64,000 nucleotides of DNA from a bacterium (GTDB lineage: Bacteria; Verrucomicrobiota; Kiritimatiellia; CAIKKV01; CAITUY01), in NCBI GenBank assembly GCA_037143175.1, contig JBAWZF010000006.1:3414-67413 (forward strand), given 5' to 3'. The position numbers and the translations under genes were made by a program. Under the pieces are notes generated by a model. It was not told the DNA's origin and ran no database searches. It saw only the letters and a program-made list of their open reading frames with translations. Positions 35,363 to 44,992 of this stretch are shown piece by piece; positions within the stretch are counted from its first letter, which is position 1; every line of letters starts with the position of its first letter.

Positions 35363-37324
35363 TCAGGCGGTCAACAGCACATCCCGAACTTTATGAGCGA
35401 GCTCGTTGCGGGAGAATGGTTTGGCCATGAAGGCTGTGTTTTGTTCCAGCACACCGCGCTGGGCTATTACATCGGCCGTATATCCCGACATATACAAAAC
35501 CTTGATAGAAGGCCTGGTTGCACAGATACGTTGTGCCAGTTGTTTTCCATCCATACCGGGCATGACCACGTCCGTTAACAGTAAGTGAATATCAGTCGCA
35601 TACTGTCCTGACAATTCTATTGCTTCCTCCGGAGTGTTTGCCGACAGGACTTTATACCCATAAGTTTCCAGGAACAGGCTGCACGTCACTCGCAGTGAAT
35701 TTTCGTCTTCAACCAGTAGAATCGTCTCCCCGTGGCCTTTGGGGGCTTCTGCGGCGATAGCCTCGGCTGCTTCAGCAGTAGAGTTCATAACCTGCGGGAA
35801 ATAGATCTTGAACGTGGTCCCCTTGCCCGGTTCGCTATAGGCGTTTATAAAACCATGATTTTGTTTAACAATGCCGTATACAGTTGCAAGCCCCAGTCCT
35901 GTACCGCTGCCAACGCCTTTCGTGGTAAAGAATGGCTCAAAGATATGCGTCAGTGTTTCAGGGTCCATGCCACACCCATCGTCGCTTACTGCCAGAAACA
36001 CATAGGAGCCGGGAGTTGCGTCCACATGCCCATTGCAATACATCTCGTCAATGGCGATGTTTCCTGTTTCGAGAGAGATGGTCCCAAGCCCTCCCATGGC
36101 ATCACGGGCATTGAGGCAGAGGTTGGCAAGGATCTGGTCAGCCTGTGATGGGTCGAGCATAACAGGCCGAAGGGCAGGGCAGGGGTGCCAGGCCAGCTTG
36201 ATGCCTTCGCCGATCAGGTGTTGCAGAAGTTTGAGCATGCCAGCCACAGCATCATTAAGATTCAGGATCTTAGGCGCGATAGTCTGTTTGCGGGCAAAGG
36301 CGAGAAGTTGATGTGTAATCTCCGCGGAACGTTGGGCTACGTTGGTGATTTCGTCAAGCCATTGGCGGCTCGGATGTCCGATGTCGATGTGATCCCGGCA
36401 TAGTTCGGTGTAACCCATAATGCCCATGAGCAGGTTGTTGAAGTCGTGTGCTACGCCTCCTGCCAAGCGGCCAATTGCTTCCATCTTCTGAGCCTGGCGG
36501 AGTTGGTTTTCGAGTTGGACCTCATGAGTGACATCGTGTTTGGATGCCACATAGTTTACGACCTTGCCAGTGGCATCGCGTACGGGGGAAATGGACGCCT
36601 CTTCCTCGTAAAGTTTGCCGTCTTTGCGTTTATTGATAAAATGGCCGCGCCATACTTCCCCACGATTCAGTATCGCCCACATCTGCTGGTAAAACTCCGG
36701 ATCTTGTTTGCCGCTTTGCAGGATACGTGGGTTCTGGCCAATCGCTTCCTCGCGGGTGTATCCCGTTGTGGTCTCAAACGCGGGATTGGCATATAGAATT
36801 ATGCCATCTTTGTTGGTAATCACGATTGTATCTGCAGTCTGTTCAACCGCGGTCGCCAAGCGGGTGCGGACTTCCCCCGCCCGTTTACGTTCGGTGATAT
36901 CGCGGATATTGCACTGGATGACCTTCTTTTGATCCACAAAGTAAACATTGCTGATGAATTCAACGTCAACACGGCGTCCATTAAACGTTTCCAGCGGCAG
37001 GTCATCATAGCGGACATATTCCTTCAGCTGTAATTCAAGGAAATTTTCCCAACTGGCGATGGTGTCTTTCAGGAATCCTAGTTCCCAGATGGCCTGTCCG
37101 ATGATTTGATCGTGGGAGTAGCCTAGCAAATTGAGCAGGAATGGATTTGCGTCCACGACCGTTCCTGTAGCGGCATCTAAGATTAATATGCCATCCCTGG
37201 CTGTCTCAAAGAGCCGTCTATAACGAAGTTCTGAGGCAGCTAACTCAACCGCCGGAGTTTGAGCGGAAGCAATGTCAACTAACTTCATCTCAGGGGTTGC
37301 GGGTATGATGGGTCCCTCAGTCAT
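35363..37324 (-). CDS. hybrid sensor histidine kinase (PAS domains, HisKA, HATPase_c, C-terminal receiver)
   Basis: HDFNNLL H-box. GTGLGLATVYGIVKQ G-box. C-terminal ...ILLVEDENSLR...LLLTDVVMPGMDG receiver domain. Confidence 0.85.
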   Translation of the reverse strand: MTEGPIIPATPEMKLVDIASAQTPAVELAASELRYRRLFETARDGILILDAATGTVVDANPFLLNLLGYSHDQIIGQAIWELGFLKDTIASWENFLELQLKEYVRYDDLPLETFNGRRVDVEFISNVYFVDQKKVIQCNIRDITERKRAGEVRTRLATAVEQTADTIVITNKDGIILYANPAFETTTGYTREEAIGQNPRILQSGKQDPEFYQQMWAILNRGEVWRGHFINKRKDGKLYEEEASISPVRDATGKVVNYVASKHDVTHEVQLENQLRQAQKMEAIGRLAGGVAHDFNNLLMGIMGYTELCRDHIDIGHPSRQWLDEITNVAQRSAEITHQLLAFARKQTIAPKILNLNDAVAGMLKLLQHLIGEGIKLAWHPCPALRPVMLDPSQADQILANLCLNARDAMGGLGTISLETGNIAIDEMYCNGHVDATPGSYVFLAVSDDGCGMDPETLTHIFEPFFTTKGVGSGTGLGLATVYGIVKQNHGFINAYSEPGKGTTFKIYFPQVMNSTAEAAEAIAAEAPKGHGETILLVEDENSLRVTCSLFLETYGYKVLSANTPEEAIELSGQYATDIHLLLTDVVMPGMDGKQLAQRICATRPSIKVLYMSGYTADVIAQRGVLEQNTAFMAKPFSRNELAHKVRDVLLTA

Positions 37325-37365
37325 ATTTCACCCCGTTAAGGAGCGTTTCAGTTTTCTCACCCAAT

Positions 37366-37458
37366 TCACCCAATTGTGAGTAAGCGACATCCGGCAAGAC
37401 CGCAAATTGCGATAATGACCGCAAGCTGAAAGCTCCACATCACTAATTTGTAGAACAT
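37366..37458 (-). CDS. possible 30-aa hydrophobic micro-protein (MFYKLVMWSFQLAVIIAICGLAGCRLLTIG)
   Basis: Short ORF with a GGAGA ribosome-binding site 7 nt upstream, immediately upstream of and co-oriented with the hybrid kinase. Too short for the ORF track; purely sequence-based. Confidence 0.25.
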   Translation of the reverse strand: MFYKLVMWSFQLAVIIAICGLAGCRLLTIG

Positions 37459-37497
37459 GTTTTTTCTCCTGGTGACACTCATGCTAGACTGAATTAT

Positions 37498-37878
37498 TCA
37501 ATTGATCGCATCCTTCAGCATTTTAGTGGCGCCTGATTTCTCCATCCAAGTCTTCTCGTTCATGGCCGCACGGAGCAATAAGCCGCCTCCTATCACGTAG
37601 ATCAGGCCCAGGGAAATGCCGAGAACCGCTTTGGTTTCAACGGTCCACGGCAGAAGGAGGAAGAGTCCAACGTGAATAAGTACCAGTCCCATGCAGATAA
37701 GCCCGATGACGAGCCCCATCCCCATTAGACCTATTGCCGACATCCTGGCGGCCTTTACGCCCTGCAAATAGGCCTTTGCGGCCTCAATCTTAAGCAGTTG
37801 GAGCGACAGATTCCGGTAGTTGTCCATCATTTTGATCGCGACAACCGAAAGAATCCCCTTAAACAGGTTTTTGAACAT
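37498..37878 (-). CDS. YqjE-like small inner-membrane protein (DUF1469/phage-holin-like fold)
   Basis: Start at MFKNLFKG (AGGTGGG ribosome-binding site). Two hydrophobic helices. Downstream of an ElaB/YqjD-family gene, as in the E. coli yqjD-yqjE cluster. Confidence 0.55.
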   Translation of the reverse strand: MFKNLFKGILSVVAIKMMDNYRNLSLQLLKIEAAKAYLQGVKAARMSAIGLMGMGLVIGLICMGLVLIHVGLFLLLPWTVETKAVLGISLGLIYVIGGGLLLRAAMNEKTWMEKSGATKMLKDAIN

Positions 37879-37900
37879 AATCCCACCTTGATTTATGGAG

Positions 37901-38242
37901 TTATTTACGATTGCGTCCAAGCAGATAACCAAGCGCCAACCCGACGGCCGCTGTTCCCGCGATGTAGGCCCACGGATTATGATGAACACTTTTGTTCACA
38001 TCATCGGCCATCTCCCTGGCCTTTTCGATGCTGACGTCCTTGGCATGCGATACCGCATCAATGGCATGATCCTTTTTGTTGATCAATGCTTTCATAAGGC
38101 TGCTTTCGTTCTCAATAATCATATCTCTCAGATTTGTATATTTATCCGACATGACTGTGCGCAATTCATCCTTTTTCTGCTTGGCGGCCTCTTCAAGAAG
38201 TTTCAGTGCTTCGGCAATCTTTTCGTTACTTGTGTGATCCAT
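37901..38242 (-). CDS. ElaB/YqjD/DUF883-family membrane-anchored stress protein
   Basis: C-terminal ...NPWAYIAGTAAVGLALGYLLGRNRK is the family signature anchor. Confidence 0.75.
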   Translation of the reverse strand: MDHTSNEKIAEALKLLEEAAKQKKDELRTVMSDKYTNLRDMIIENESSLMKALINKKDHAIDAVSHAKDVSIEKAREMADDVNKSVHHNPWAYIAGTAAVGLALGYLLGRNRK

Positions 38243-38257
38243 ATGAATCCTCTTTCT

Positions 38258-39037
38258 TTACTTTACTTTCGCTGCTTCAACCGTCATCTCGTTTTTTACT
38301 GTGTTCACGCCTTGGATGTCGCTGACCAATTTGGTTACCAGGGATTTTTCAGCTTCATTTTTAGCTATACCGGTCAACGTGACCTCGCCGAGCAGTGTCT
38401 CGACCTTGGTTTTCATGGAGCTGGTTGAAAGATGCGTCAGCAACGCTGTTTTGACCTGAGCGGTGATCGAGGCGTCATCCATTTTCTCGCCTGCGGTTCG
38501 CTCAGCCAATACAGGAGTTGAAGCCACCGTCATTTCATTCTTCAGCTCTTTCACGCCTTCAATATCCTTGGCGTATTCGGACGTCAGTTCCTTTTGGGCT
38601 GCGCTTGATGCTTCACCCTTAAGCGTGACGACCCCATCCTTAACTTCAACCGTGGTCTTGCTGATATTGACGTTGCGATGGAATAACAAGGCGATCTTCA
38701 CCTTCCGGCCAATCCACATATCCGCTGTTTCGGCGGCGACTTCAGCTTTGGTCGCCAGCTGATTGTCAACACGGGTAACCCCGCGAAGATTGGCAGCTGT
38801 TTCCTGCGCCAAGGTCTTGCGATAATCTTCGGCTACCGTTCCGGTCAGTGTGGCAACGCCGTCCTTTGCATTTATCTTAACTACATCGTTGATGAGATAG
38901 GTCTTATAGACGTAGGTTTGTTTGAACGACGACTCAATCCGATCATCGCTCTCTGACGCACGCACCACAGAACTCGTGATGACTAGGGTGGCCGACGCCG
39001 CGGTAAATGCCAAGGTTAGTAATGCTTTCCGTTTCAT
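38258..39037 (-). CDS. periplasmic BON-domain protein (OsmY-like, three BON repeats)
   Basis: Signal peptide. Repeated ...V.V.DGVVTLTG.V... BON units. Confidence 0.7.
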   Translation of the reverse strand: MKRKALLTLAFTAASATLVITSSVVRASESDDRIESSFKQTYVYKTYLINDVVKINAKDGVATLTGTVAEDYRKTLAQETAANLRGVTRVDNQLATKAEVAAETADMWIGRKVKIALLFHRNVNISKTTVEVKDGVVTLKGEASSAAQKELTSEYAKDIEGVKELKNEMTVASTPVLAERTAGEKMDDASITAQVKTALLTHLSTSSMKTKVETLLGEVTLTGIAKNEAEKSLVTKLVSDIQGVNTVKNEMTVEAAKVK

Positions 39038-39187
39038 AATTTCACTCCATCTCTTTCTTTTTCGGGGGTAACCCCCACTCGTTGACTCATTTTGTTTAAC
39101 TCACTTCTGGAAGCAGGATATCCCCTGGTTCCGGCTTCAGCTATGGGGTATTACCCTGCCACAACTGAAGGTGATCAGCACAGGGAG

Positions 39188-40306
39188 TTAACCTGGTACT
39201 GCTTGTGTGAGGGTCTCCATGAGTTTATCGAATGGCCAGCAGAATTTCTCGACGCCTTCATCTTCGAGTTGTTGCGTAATCTGTTCGATGCTGATTCCGA
39301 GCAGTGGCAAGTGTTTTAATAAGCGTGCCGCTTCGGCAACATCCTTCTCAAGGGTGGCGCCCGGCTCTCCGTGATCACGGTAGGCGTCAAGGGTCTCAAC
39401 AGGGAAGGTGTTAACCGTATCGGGCCCGATAAGTGCTTCGACGTATTTAATATCACTGTAGGCTGGATTTTTTGTGCCGGTACTGGCCCACAGGAGTCGC
39501 TGGACATGAGCGCCTTGATCCGCCAACTTCTTGAAGCGGTCGCTATCGAAGATCTCTTTGAAGATTTGATAGGCCATTTTTGCACTGGCGATAGCAGCCT
39601 GCCCACGAATGTTTTTTGCAGAATCTGCTGATTTTGTGTTGTGGAGTGCAGAAGCCTCCAGCAATGGATCAATCACCGTATCAATACGACTCAGGAAGAA
39701 GCTCGCTACGGAAGCGACCCGCTTCACACTCTTGCCTTGGGCAATACGCGCTTCGAGCCCGCTGAGGAAAGCCTCCGCGACCTGCCGGTAACGCGGCAAT
39801 CCGAAAAGCAGGGTCACATTGATGTTGATGCCCTCGCAAATAAGTTGCTGAATGGCCGGCACCCCTTCAGTAGTTGCTGGCACCTTGATGAAGACATTGG
39901 GGCGGTTCAGGGCTTTCCACAATCGGCGGGCTTCCTGAATAGTGCCCTGGGTGTCATGGGCTAAGTGGGGATTGACCTCCAGGCTGACATATCCGCTTTG
40001 GCCGTCGGTTTTGTTGTAGAGCGGACGAAACTCATCGGCGGCGCTCTGCACATCGCTCTGGCTGAGGGTTTCGTAAATGACTTTGGCTTCTTTCCCTTTT
40101 TGGGTCATGGACTTAATATCTGCATTATAAAGCTGGCTTTCCACAATCGCCTTTTCAAAGATTGCGGGATTCGAGGTCATGCCCTGTAATCCGTCTTCCT
40201 CGATAAGTCGGCGCAGTTCGCCGCTGGTAATCAGATCGCGACGGATATAATCCAGCCAGATGGATTGGCCGAGTGTTTCCAATTGTTTGAGAGAATTATT
40301 TTTCAT
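39188..40306 (-). CDS. tal: transaldolase
   Basis: ...LGQSIWLDYIRR...TSNPAIF...FIKVPAT... conserved transaldolase motifs. 372 aa. Confidence 0.85.
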   Translation of the reverse strand: MKNNSLKQLETLGQSIWLDYIRRDLITSGELRRLIEEDGLQGMTSNPAIFEKAIVESQLYNADIKSMTQKGKEAKVIYETLSQSDVQSAADEFRPLYNKTDGQSGYVSLEVNPHLAHDTQGTIQEARRLWKALNRPNVFIKVPATTEGVPAIQQLICEGININVTLLFGLPRYRQVAEAFLSGLEARIAQGKSVKRVASVASFFLSRIDTVIDPLLEASALHNTKSADSAKNIRGQAAIASAKMAYQIFKEIFDSDRFKKLADQGAHVQRLLWASTGTKNPAYSDIKYVEALIGPDTVNTFPVETLDAYRDHGEPGATLEKDVAEAARLLKHLPLLGISIEQITQQLEDEGVEKFCWPFDKLMETLTQAVPG

Positions 40307-40654
40307 GTGCGTATACCACTGTTGTTTAAAACTGGTTTCGCAACTCCTGTATTGTTGCGAAAAAGGCCAATTTTGTAATATAGGGTATTATCCCACCTCT
40401 GAGGATAGACTGATTCCATGAGGGCGCAAGGTGGAGAAACCTGATTTCTCTATCAGGTAAGTCCTGATAGCCCGGGGAGAGGGGGGGGGAGGCCAGTACT
40501 TCGAATTGGTGCTATCTCCTTTTTATGCTTGCGCTGCAAGGGGTTATTGAGGATTATCCGCAGTTCTTAGTCGGTGGGTAGTGGAGTTTTTCGGGGGTGT
40601 CTCCGGTTCCGCTGGCCCGTGTAACTGAGTGAAAATAACAACGAAAAGTAAGAT

Positions 40655-42421
40655 ATGGCTAAAAAGCACAAGAAGAGCACTGCGCCGGTGGTTGTCGAAG
40701 ACGCCGCCCGGGTTCAGATGTCTCAGATGTACGAAGAAACCCTGAAAACATTCACCGAAGGATCGATTATTCCCGGCAAAGTCCTGGAAGTCCGCGGGGA
40801 TGGAGTCCTTGTGGACATCGGGTACAAATCAGAGGGTATGATTCACGCCAGTGAATTTCCCGATATCTCCGTGGTCAAGCCCGGTGATGTGTTTAATGTC
40901 CTGCTCGAGGGCATTGAAGATGATGAAGGTATGGTCATGCTCAGCAAGAGCAGAGCCGAACAACAGGAACACTGGAATCAGGTTCTGGATACCTACAAAG
41001 AAGGCAGCATCGTCAATGGTGATGTCCGCAGTCGCGTCAAGGGCGGATTCATTGTGGATGTGGGCGGCGTGGAATCCTTCCTCCCCGGTTCACAGGTTGA
41101 CGTTACCCCGGTTCATGATCCGGATGCCCTCGTCGGCAAGACGCTCGAATTTAAGATTATCAAGATCAATGACGATCGCCGCAACATCGTGTTGTCGCGC
41201 CGTGAGCTGATGGAAGACCGTCGCCGCGACCGTAAACGCGAATTGCTGACCGAGATCAAGGTCGGCCAGGTCCGTAAGGGCTCGGTCAAGAATATCACCG
41301 ACTTCGGTGTGTTCGTGGATCTTGACGGTATGGACGGCTTGCTGCATATCACGGATATGAGCTGGGGCCGTATCAACCATCCGACCGAATTGGTCAAGGT
41401 GGGCGACGAACTCGAAGTCGTCATTCTGGACGTCAATCTCGAGAAGGAACGTGTTTCGCTTGGCTTGAAGCAACGGAGCAACAATCCCTGGGAAAATATT
41501 CAGGCGAAGTATCCCGTGGGCAGCCGTCTGCGTGGCAAAGTGGTCAACTTGGTTCCTTATGGCGCGTTCGTCGAAATCGAACAGGGCGTCGAGGGCTTGG
41601 TCCACGTGTCCGAAATTTCCTGGACCAAACGTATCGCGCGCGCTTCCGATGTCCTTACCGTTGGACAGGAAGTGGATGTCGTGGTGCTGAACGTCAACCG
41701 CGAAGAGCAAAAGATCGCGCTGGGCATCCGTCAGACTGAGGAGAATCCCTGGGATGGCGTCCGTATGCGTTATCCGATCGGTGCCCGCGTCAGCGGCAAG
41801 GTGCGTAACCTGACCTCCTATGGTGCCTTTGTGGAACTTGAAGAAGGTATTGACGGAATGGTTCACGTGTCCGATATGTCCTGGACCCGCAAGATCAATC
41901 ATCCCTCTGAAGTTTTGAAGAAGGGTGAGGAAGTTGCGGCCGTGGTATTGGAAGTCGATCCTGACAATCAACGCATCAGCCTTGGCCTCAAGCAGGCCCA
42001 GGAAGATCCCTGGTCTACGATTGCCGCCCGCCTGAAAATTGGCCAGATGGTCAAGGGTAAGGTCACCAAGCTGGCATCATTTGGTGCCTTCGTGGAGATC
42101 GAGGAAGGCATTGACGGGCTCGTTCACATCTCGCAGATCAGCGATGATCGCGTTGAGAAGGTGAAGGATGTGCTCAAGGTCGGCCAGGAAGTCGAAGCCC
42201 GTATCGTTCGTATTGACCAGGTTGATCGCAAGATCGGTCTGAGCATCAAGGCGGCGAGCGTGTCCGATGAAGACTTTGTCGTGAAAGACGAGATGCTCGA
42301 AGGGCTCCGCCCGGGTGAGGATCTGGTCGATCTCGCAGGTGCCTTCGACGCCGCCTTCGGCGCCAGGGACGAGGAATGGCGCCCGGGTGAGAAATCCGGT
42401 GGCCGAGACCGCGACCGGTAG
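40655..42421 (+). CDS. rpsA: 30S ribosomal protein S1 (six S1 domains)
   Basis: Six repeated S1 domains (G.V..I..FGAFV.....GL.H.S) and an acidic C-terminal tail. 588 aa. Confidence 0.9.
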   Translation: MAKKHKKSTAPVVVEDAARVQMSQMYEETLKTFTEGSIIPGKVLEVRGDGVLVDIGYKSEGMIHASEFPDISVVKPGDVFNVLLEGIEDDEGMVMLSKSRAEQQEHWNQVLDTYKEGSIVNGDVRSRVKGGFIVDVGGVESFLPGSQVDVTPVHDPDALVGKTLEFKIIKINDDRRNIVLSRRELMEDRRRDRKRELLTEIKVGQVRKGSVKNITDFGVFVDLDGMDGLLHITDMSWGRINHPTELVKVGDELEVVILDVNLEKERVSLGLKQRSNNPWENIQAKYPVGSRLRGKVVNLVPYGAFVEIEQGVEGLVHVSEISWTKRIARASDVLTVGQEVDVVVLNVNREEQKIALGIRQTEENPWDGVRMRYPIGARVSGKVRNLTSYGAFVELEEGIDGMVHVSDMSWTRKINHPSEVLKKGEEVAAVVLEVDPDNQRISLGLKQAQEDPWSTIAARLKIGQMVKGKVTKLASFGAFVEIEEGIDGLVHISQISDDRVEKVKDVLKVGQEVEARIVRIDQVDRKIGLSIKAASVSDEDFVVKDEMLEGLRPGEDLVDLAGAFDAAFGARDEEWRPGEKSGGRDRDR

Positions 42422-42444
42422 AAGACCTGTTGTAAGTAATGAAG

Positions 42445-42490
42445 TGACGAGGCGCGCCGGACCACCAACGGGGCGCCTCGTTTTTTTAGT
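42445..42490 (+). terminator. rho-independent terminator after rpsA (gaggcgcgccgg...ggcgcctcg followed by a T7 run)
   Basis: GC-rich hairpin immediately followed by TTTTTTT, 25 nt after the rpsA stop. Confidence 0.7.
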
Positions 42491-42503
42491 GGGAGTGTTT
42501 TCC

Positions 42504-43772
42504 ATGATGAATGCCATTGATGTATTGAAGGGGCGGGGGCTATTTGATGCCGTCACCAGCCCTGATATTATGAAGCAGGTGGAATCGTCCACCGCCGTGT
42601 ATGCCGGTTTTGATCCCACCTCCAATAGTTTGCAGGTCGGTAATTTCGTCACCATCATGGGCTTGGCCCATTTTCAGCGGGCCGGGCATAAAGTGATTGC
42701 ACTGGCCGGTGGAGCCACCGGAATGATCGGCGATCCCTCCGGAAAATCCAGCGAGCGGAATCTCCTTTCGCATGAGGATGTCGAGCGTAACCTGGTGGGC
42801 GTGAAGGAGAACCTGTCGCGCTTTTTGGATTTCGATTGCGAAATTGCGCCGGCGAAGATTGTAAACAACAACGATTGGATCGGGCGGTTCAGCTATATCG
42901 AATTCCTGCGTGACGTGGGCAAGCATTTCCGCATGGGTGCGATGCTGGGCAAGGAAAGCGTCCGAGCCCGCATGGAGAGTGAAGCGGGGATGAGCTATTG
43001 CGAGTTCAGTTACCAGCTCATTCAAGCGTATGACTTTTTACATCTCTGGGACACGGAGGATTGCCGCATTCAGATCGGCGGCTCTGACCAGTGGGGGAAT
43101 ATCACAGCTGGAACGGACTTGATCCGTAAATTGCGCGGGGGTGAAGCGTTTGGCATGACTTTCCCGATCATTTGCGACAGCAGCGGTCAGAAGTTCGGCA
43201 AGAGCGCGGGCAATGCGGTCTATCTGGACCACAATCGCACTTCGTATTATGACTTCTATCAGTTCTTTGTCCGGACAGAAGACGCGGATGTGATCCGGTT
43301 CCTGAAGATTTTTACTTTTCTGCCTTTGAGCCAGATCGATGAAATTGCCCGCGAAATGGCGGCCGCTCCGGAGAAACGGCTGGCCCAGAAAACCCTTGCG
43401 GAAGATATGACCCGGACCATCCATGGCCCCGAGGGTCTGGCGATCGCCCTGCGTGCCAGTGAGGTGCTGTTCGGTGGATCCATGGAGGGTATGAAGGCGG
43501 GAGATTTGATCACAGTTTTCGCCAACGTACCGTCACGTGAACTGCCTCTGGCCTCTGTCAAGGAGGCCGGGCTGCTGGATGTGGCCGTTGCAGCGGGTTT
43601 GTGCAAGAGCAAGGGTGATGCCCGCCGGTTGGTGACTGAGGGTGGTTTCTACGTAAACAATGTCCGCATGACCGATGCCGCAATGCGGATTGGCGGTGAC
43701 ATGCTGATCGAGGGGCGCGTCATGGTTCTGCGCGCTGGAAAGAAGAACTACTGCCTGGTCAAGGTGGTCTAG
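42504..43772 (+). CDS. tyrS: tyrosine--tRNA ligase
   Basis: Start at MMNAIDVLK. HIGH-region analogue, KFGKS (KMSKS) motif, C-terminal S4 domain. The 3-prime roughly 390 nt appear to be island-derived (see findings). Confidence 0.85.
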   Translation: MMNAIDVLKGRGLFDAVTSPDIMKQVESSTAVYAGFDPTSNSLQVGNFVTIMGLAHFQRAGHKVIALAGGATGMIGDPSGKSSERNLLSHEDVERNLVGVKENLSRFLDFDCEIAPAKIVNNNDWIGRFSYIEFLRDVGKHFRMGAMLGKESVRARMESEAGMSYCEFSYQLIQAYDFLHLWDTEDCRIQIGGSDQWGNITAGTDLIRKLRGGEAFGMTFPIICDSSGQKFGKSAGNAVYLDHNRTSYYDFYQFFVRTEDADVIRFLKIFTFLPLSQIDEIAREMAAAPEKRLAQKTLAEDMTRTIHGPEGLAIALRASEVLFGGSMEGMKAGDLITVFANVPSRELPLASVKEAGLLDVAVAAGLCKSKGDARRLVTEGGFYVNNVRMTDAAMRIGGDMLIEGRVMVLRAGKKNYCLVKVV

Positions 43773-44266
43773 CCAGATTGGCGGATTTGACGTATCGTTT
43801 CCCGGTAAAGCTCCACGGATATCCGTAAATGATGTTCTGTGACCAGTTCATCAACGGCTTTGATCGCCTCCGATTGGGAAATAAATTTGGCTCGTGCAGC
43901 CCTGATCATGATGCCCAGTGTGCCTGCAACGGGAAGTCCTTCGGCTGAGGCGATGCGTCGTACCAGGCTGTCGTCGGTTAGGATGAGCGATGGGCGGTGT
44001 TTTTTCGCCAGCGTCAGGACATGTCGGTCAGCCATGCTCAAGGCCGAGGCCGGGAAGAGTGAACTCTGTACGGTCTCGATACGACAATGTTTGAGGAATT
44101 CCCGAATGCGCTGCTGTTCATTAAATGGGATAGTATTTTGGGTGAGTTCGCGCCAAACGCTTTTAGGCAACAAAACCGTTCCGGGGAATACATTTCGGAT
44201 GAGCGCTAACTGATCCAATTTGGCCAGAAATATTACCGGGCAGGCGTCCGCCACAACAACATTCAT
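43769..44266 (-). CDS. PIN-domain protein of the DUF3368 family (putative toxin)
   Basis: 165 aa, N-terminal MNVVVADACPVIFLAKLDQLAL... PIN-like acidic residues. Overlaps the upstream UPF0175 gene by 4 nt. Confidence 0.6.
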   Translation of the reverse strand: MNVVVADACPVIFLAKLDQLALIRNVFPGTVLLPKSVWRELTQNTIPFNEQQRIREFLKHCRIETVQSSLFPASALSMADRHVLTLAKKHRPSLILTDDSLVRRIASAEGLPVAGTLGIMIRAARAKFISQSEAIKAVDELVTEHHLRISVELYRETIRQIRQSG

Positions 44267-44559
44267 GAGGCCAATTCCCTGCGAAGATCATCCGCCGTAA
44301 GATTTAGTTGCAGGCCGTTCTCCGGGAAACGGGTCAACAGGTCGTAGAGACTCATGTCGGCCATTTCCGCCGCGCGGGATAGTGTGACTTCACCACGGCG
44401 GTACGCAGCACATGCGGTTTCGCAGCGATAATCGGCATACCCCCGGCGCAGAAGACGTTTAAGCAACGATGACCGATCCAAGCCATCTTGGGCAGCCGCC
44501 TGATCCAGTAATTTGACTTCATCGGCATTCAGGCGAAGGGATAATGTCATAGTTTTCAT
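44263..44559 (-). CDS. UPF0175-family putative antitoxin
   Basis: 98 aa, ...LDQAAAQDGLDRSSLLKRLLRRG... Its pairing with a DUF3368 PIN protein is a known two-gene module. Confidence 0.55.
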   Translation of the reverse strand: MKTMTLSLRLNADEVKLLDQAAAQDGLDRSSLLKRLLRRGYADYRCETACAAYRRGEVTLSRAAEMADMSLYDLLTRFPENGLQLNLTADDLRRELAS

Positions 44560-44705
44560 TATGTATACGATTTCCTTATCTGTACACAGTTAATCAAAAT
44601 GGGCTTCATATGACAAGGAATCAATGTCATGGACGGATCCTGTCTAGTCAAGGTGGTCTAATCCATTTGCCCGAGCTAGTACGAGTGTGCTAGGTTTCTG
44701 CCAAC

Positions 44706-44880
44706 ATGAGCGGAAATATTTACCAGGAACTGACGCAGGCCTTTAACGCGGGACGGCTGCGAGCCATTCTGAGCAGTGGGCAGGCCGTCGTGATGCATCG
44801 GCTGGCCGTCATGAGCAAGGATGGCGATTGGATTCTGGGCGAGACGCCCGCTGTCCTTGTCTCACGTGCCGAAGGCCGGT
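44706..44880 (+). pseudogene. truncated gene fragment (N-terminal about 58 codons of an unidentified protein, then out-of-frame sequence)
   Basis: MSGNIYQELTQAFNAGRLRAILSSGQAVVMHRLAVMSKDGDWILGETPAVLVSRAEG reads like a real N-terminus. Beyond it the frame becomes Pro/Arg-rich nonsense overlapping other frames. Confidence 0.35.
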
Positions 44881-44992
44881 TGCCATTTCAAGACTGTTTG
44901 CTAATGCCGCCGAGACGTCGGCATCCACCTCGGAGGCCAAAGGCGCAAATTCGACACCTGGTGGGATATCCATTGACGGCGTGGACACGGGT

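Noticed and set aside
41090-41971. 293-aa minus-strand ORF inside rpsA
   Set aside because: Antisense to the unmistakable six-S1-domain rpsA. It is an artefact of repeated S1-domain codon structure.
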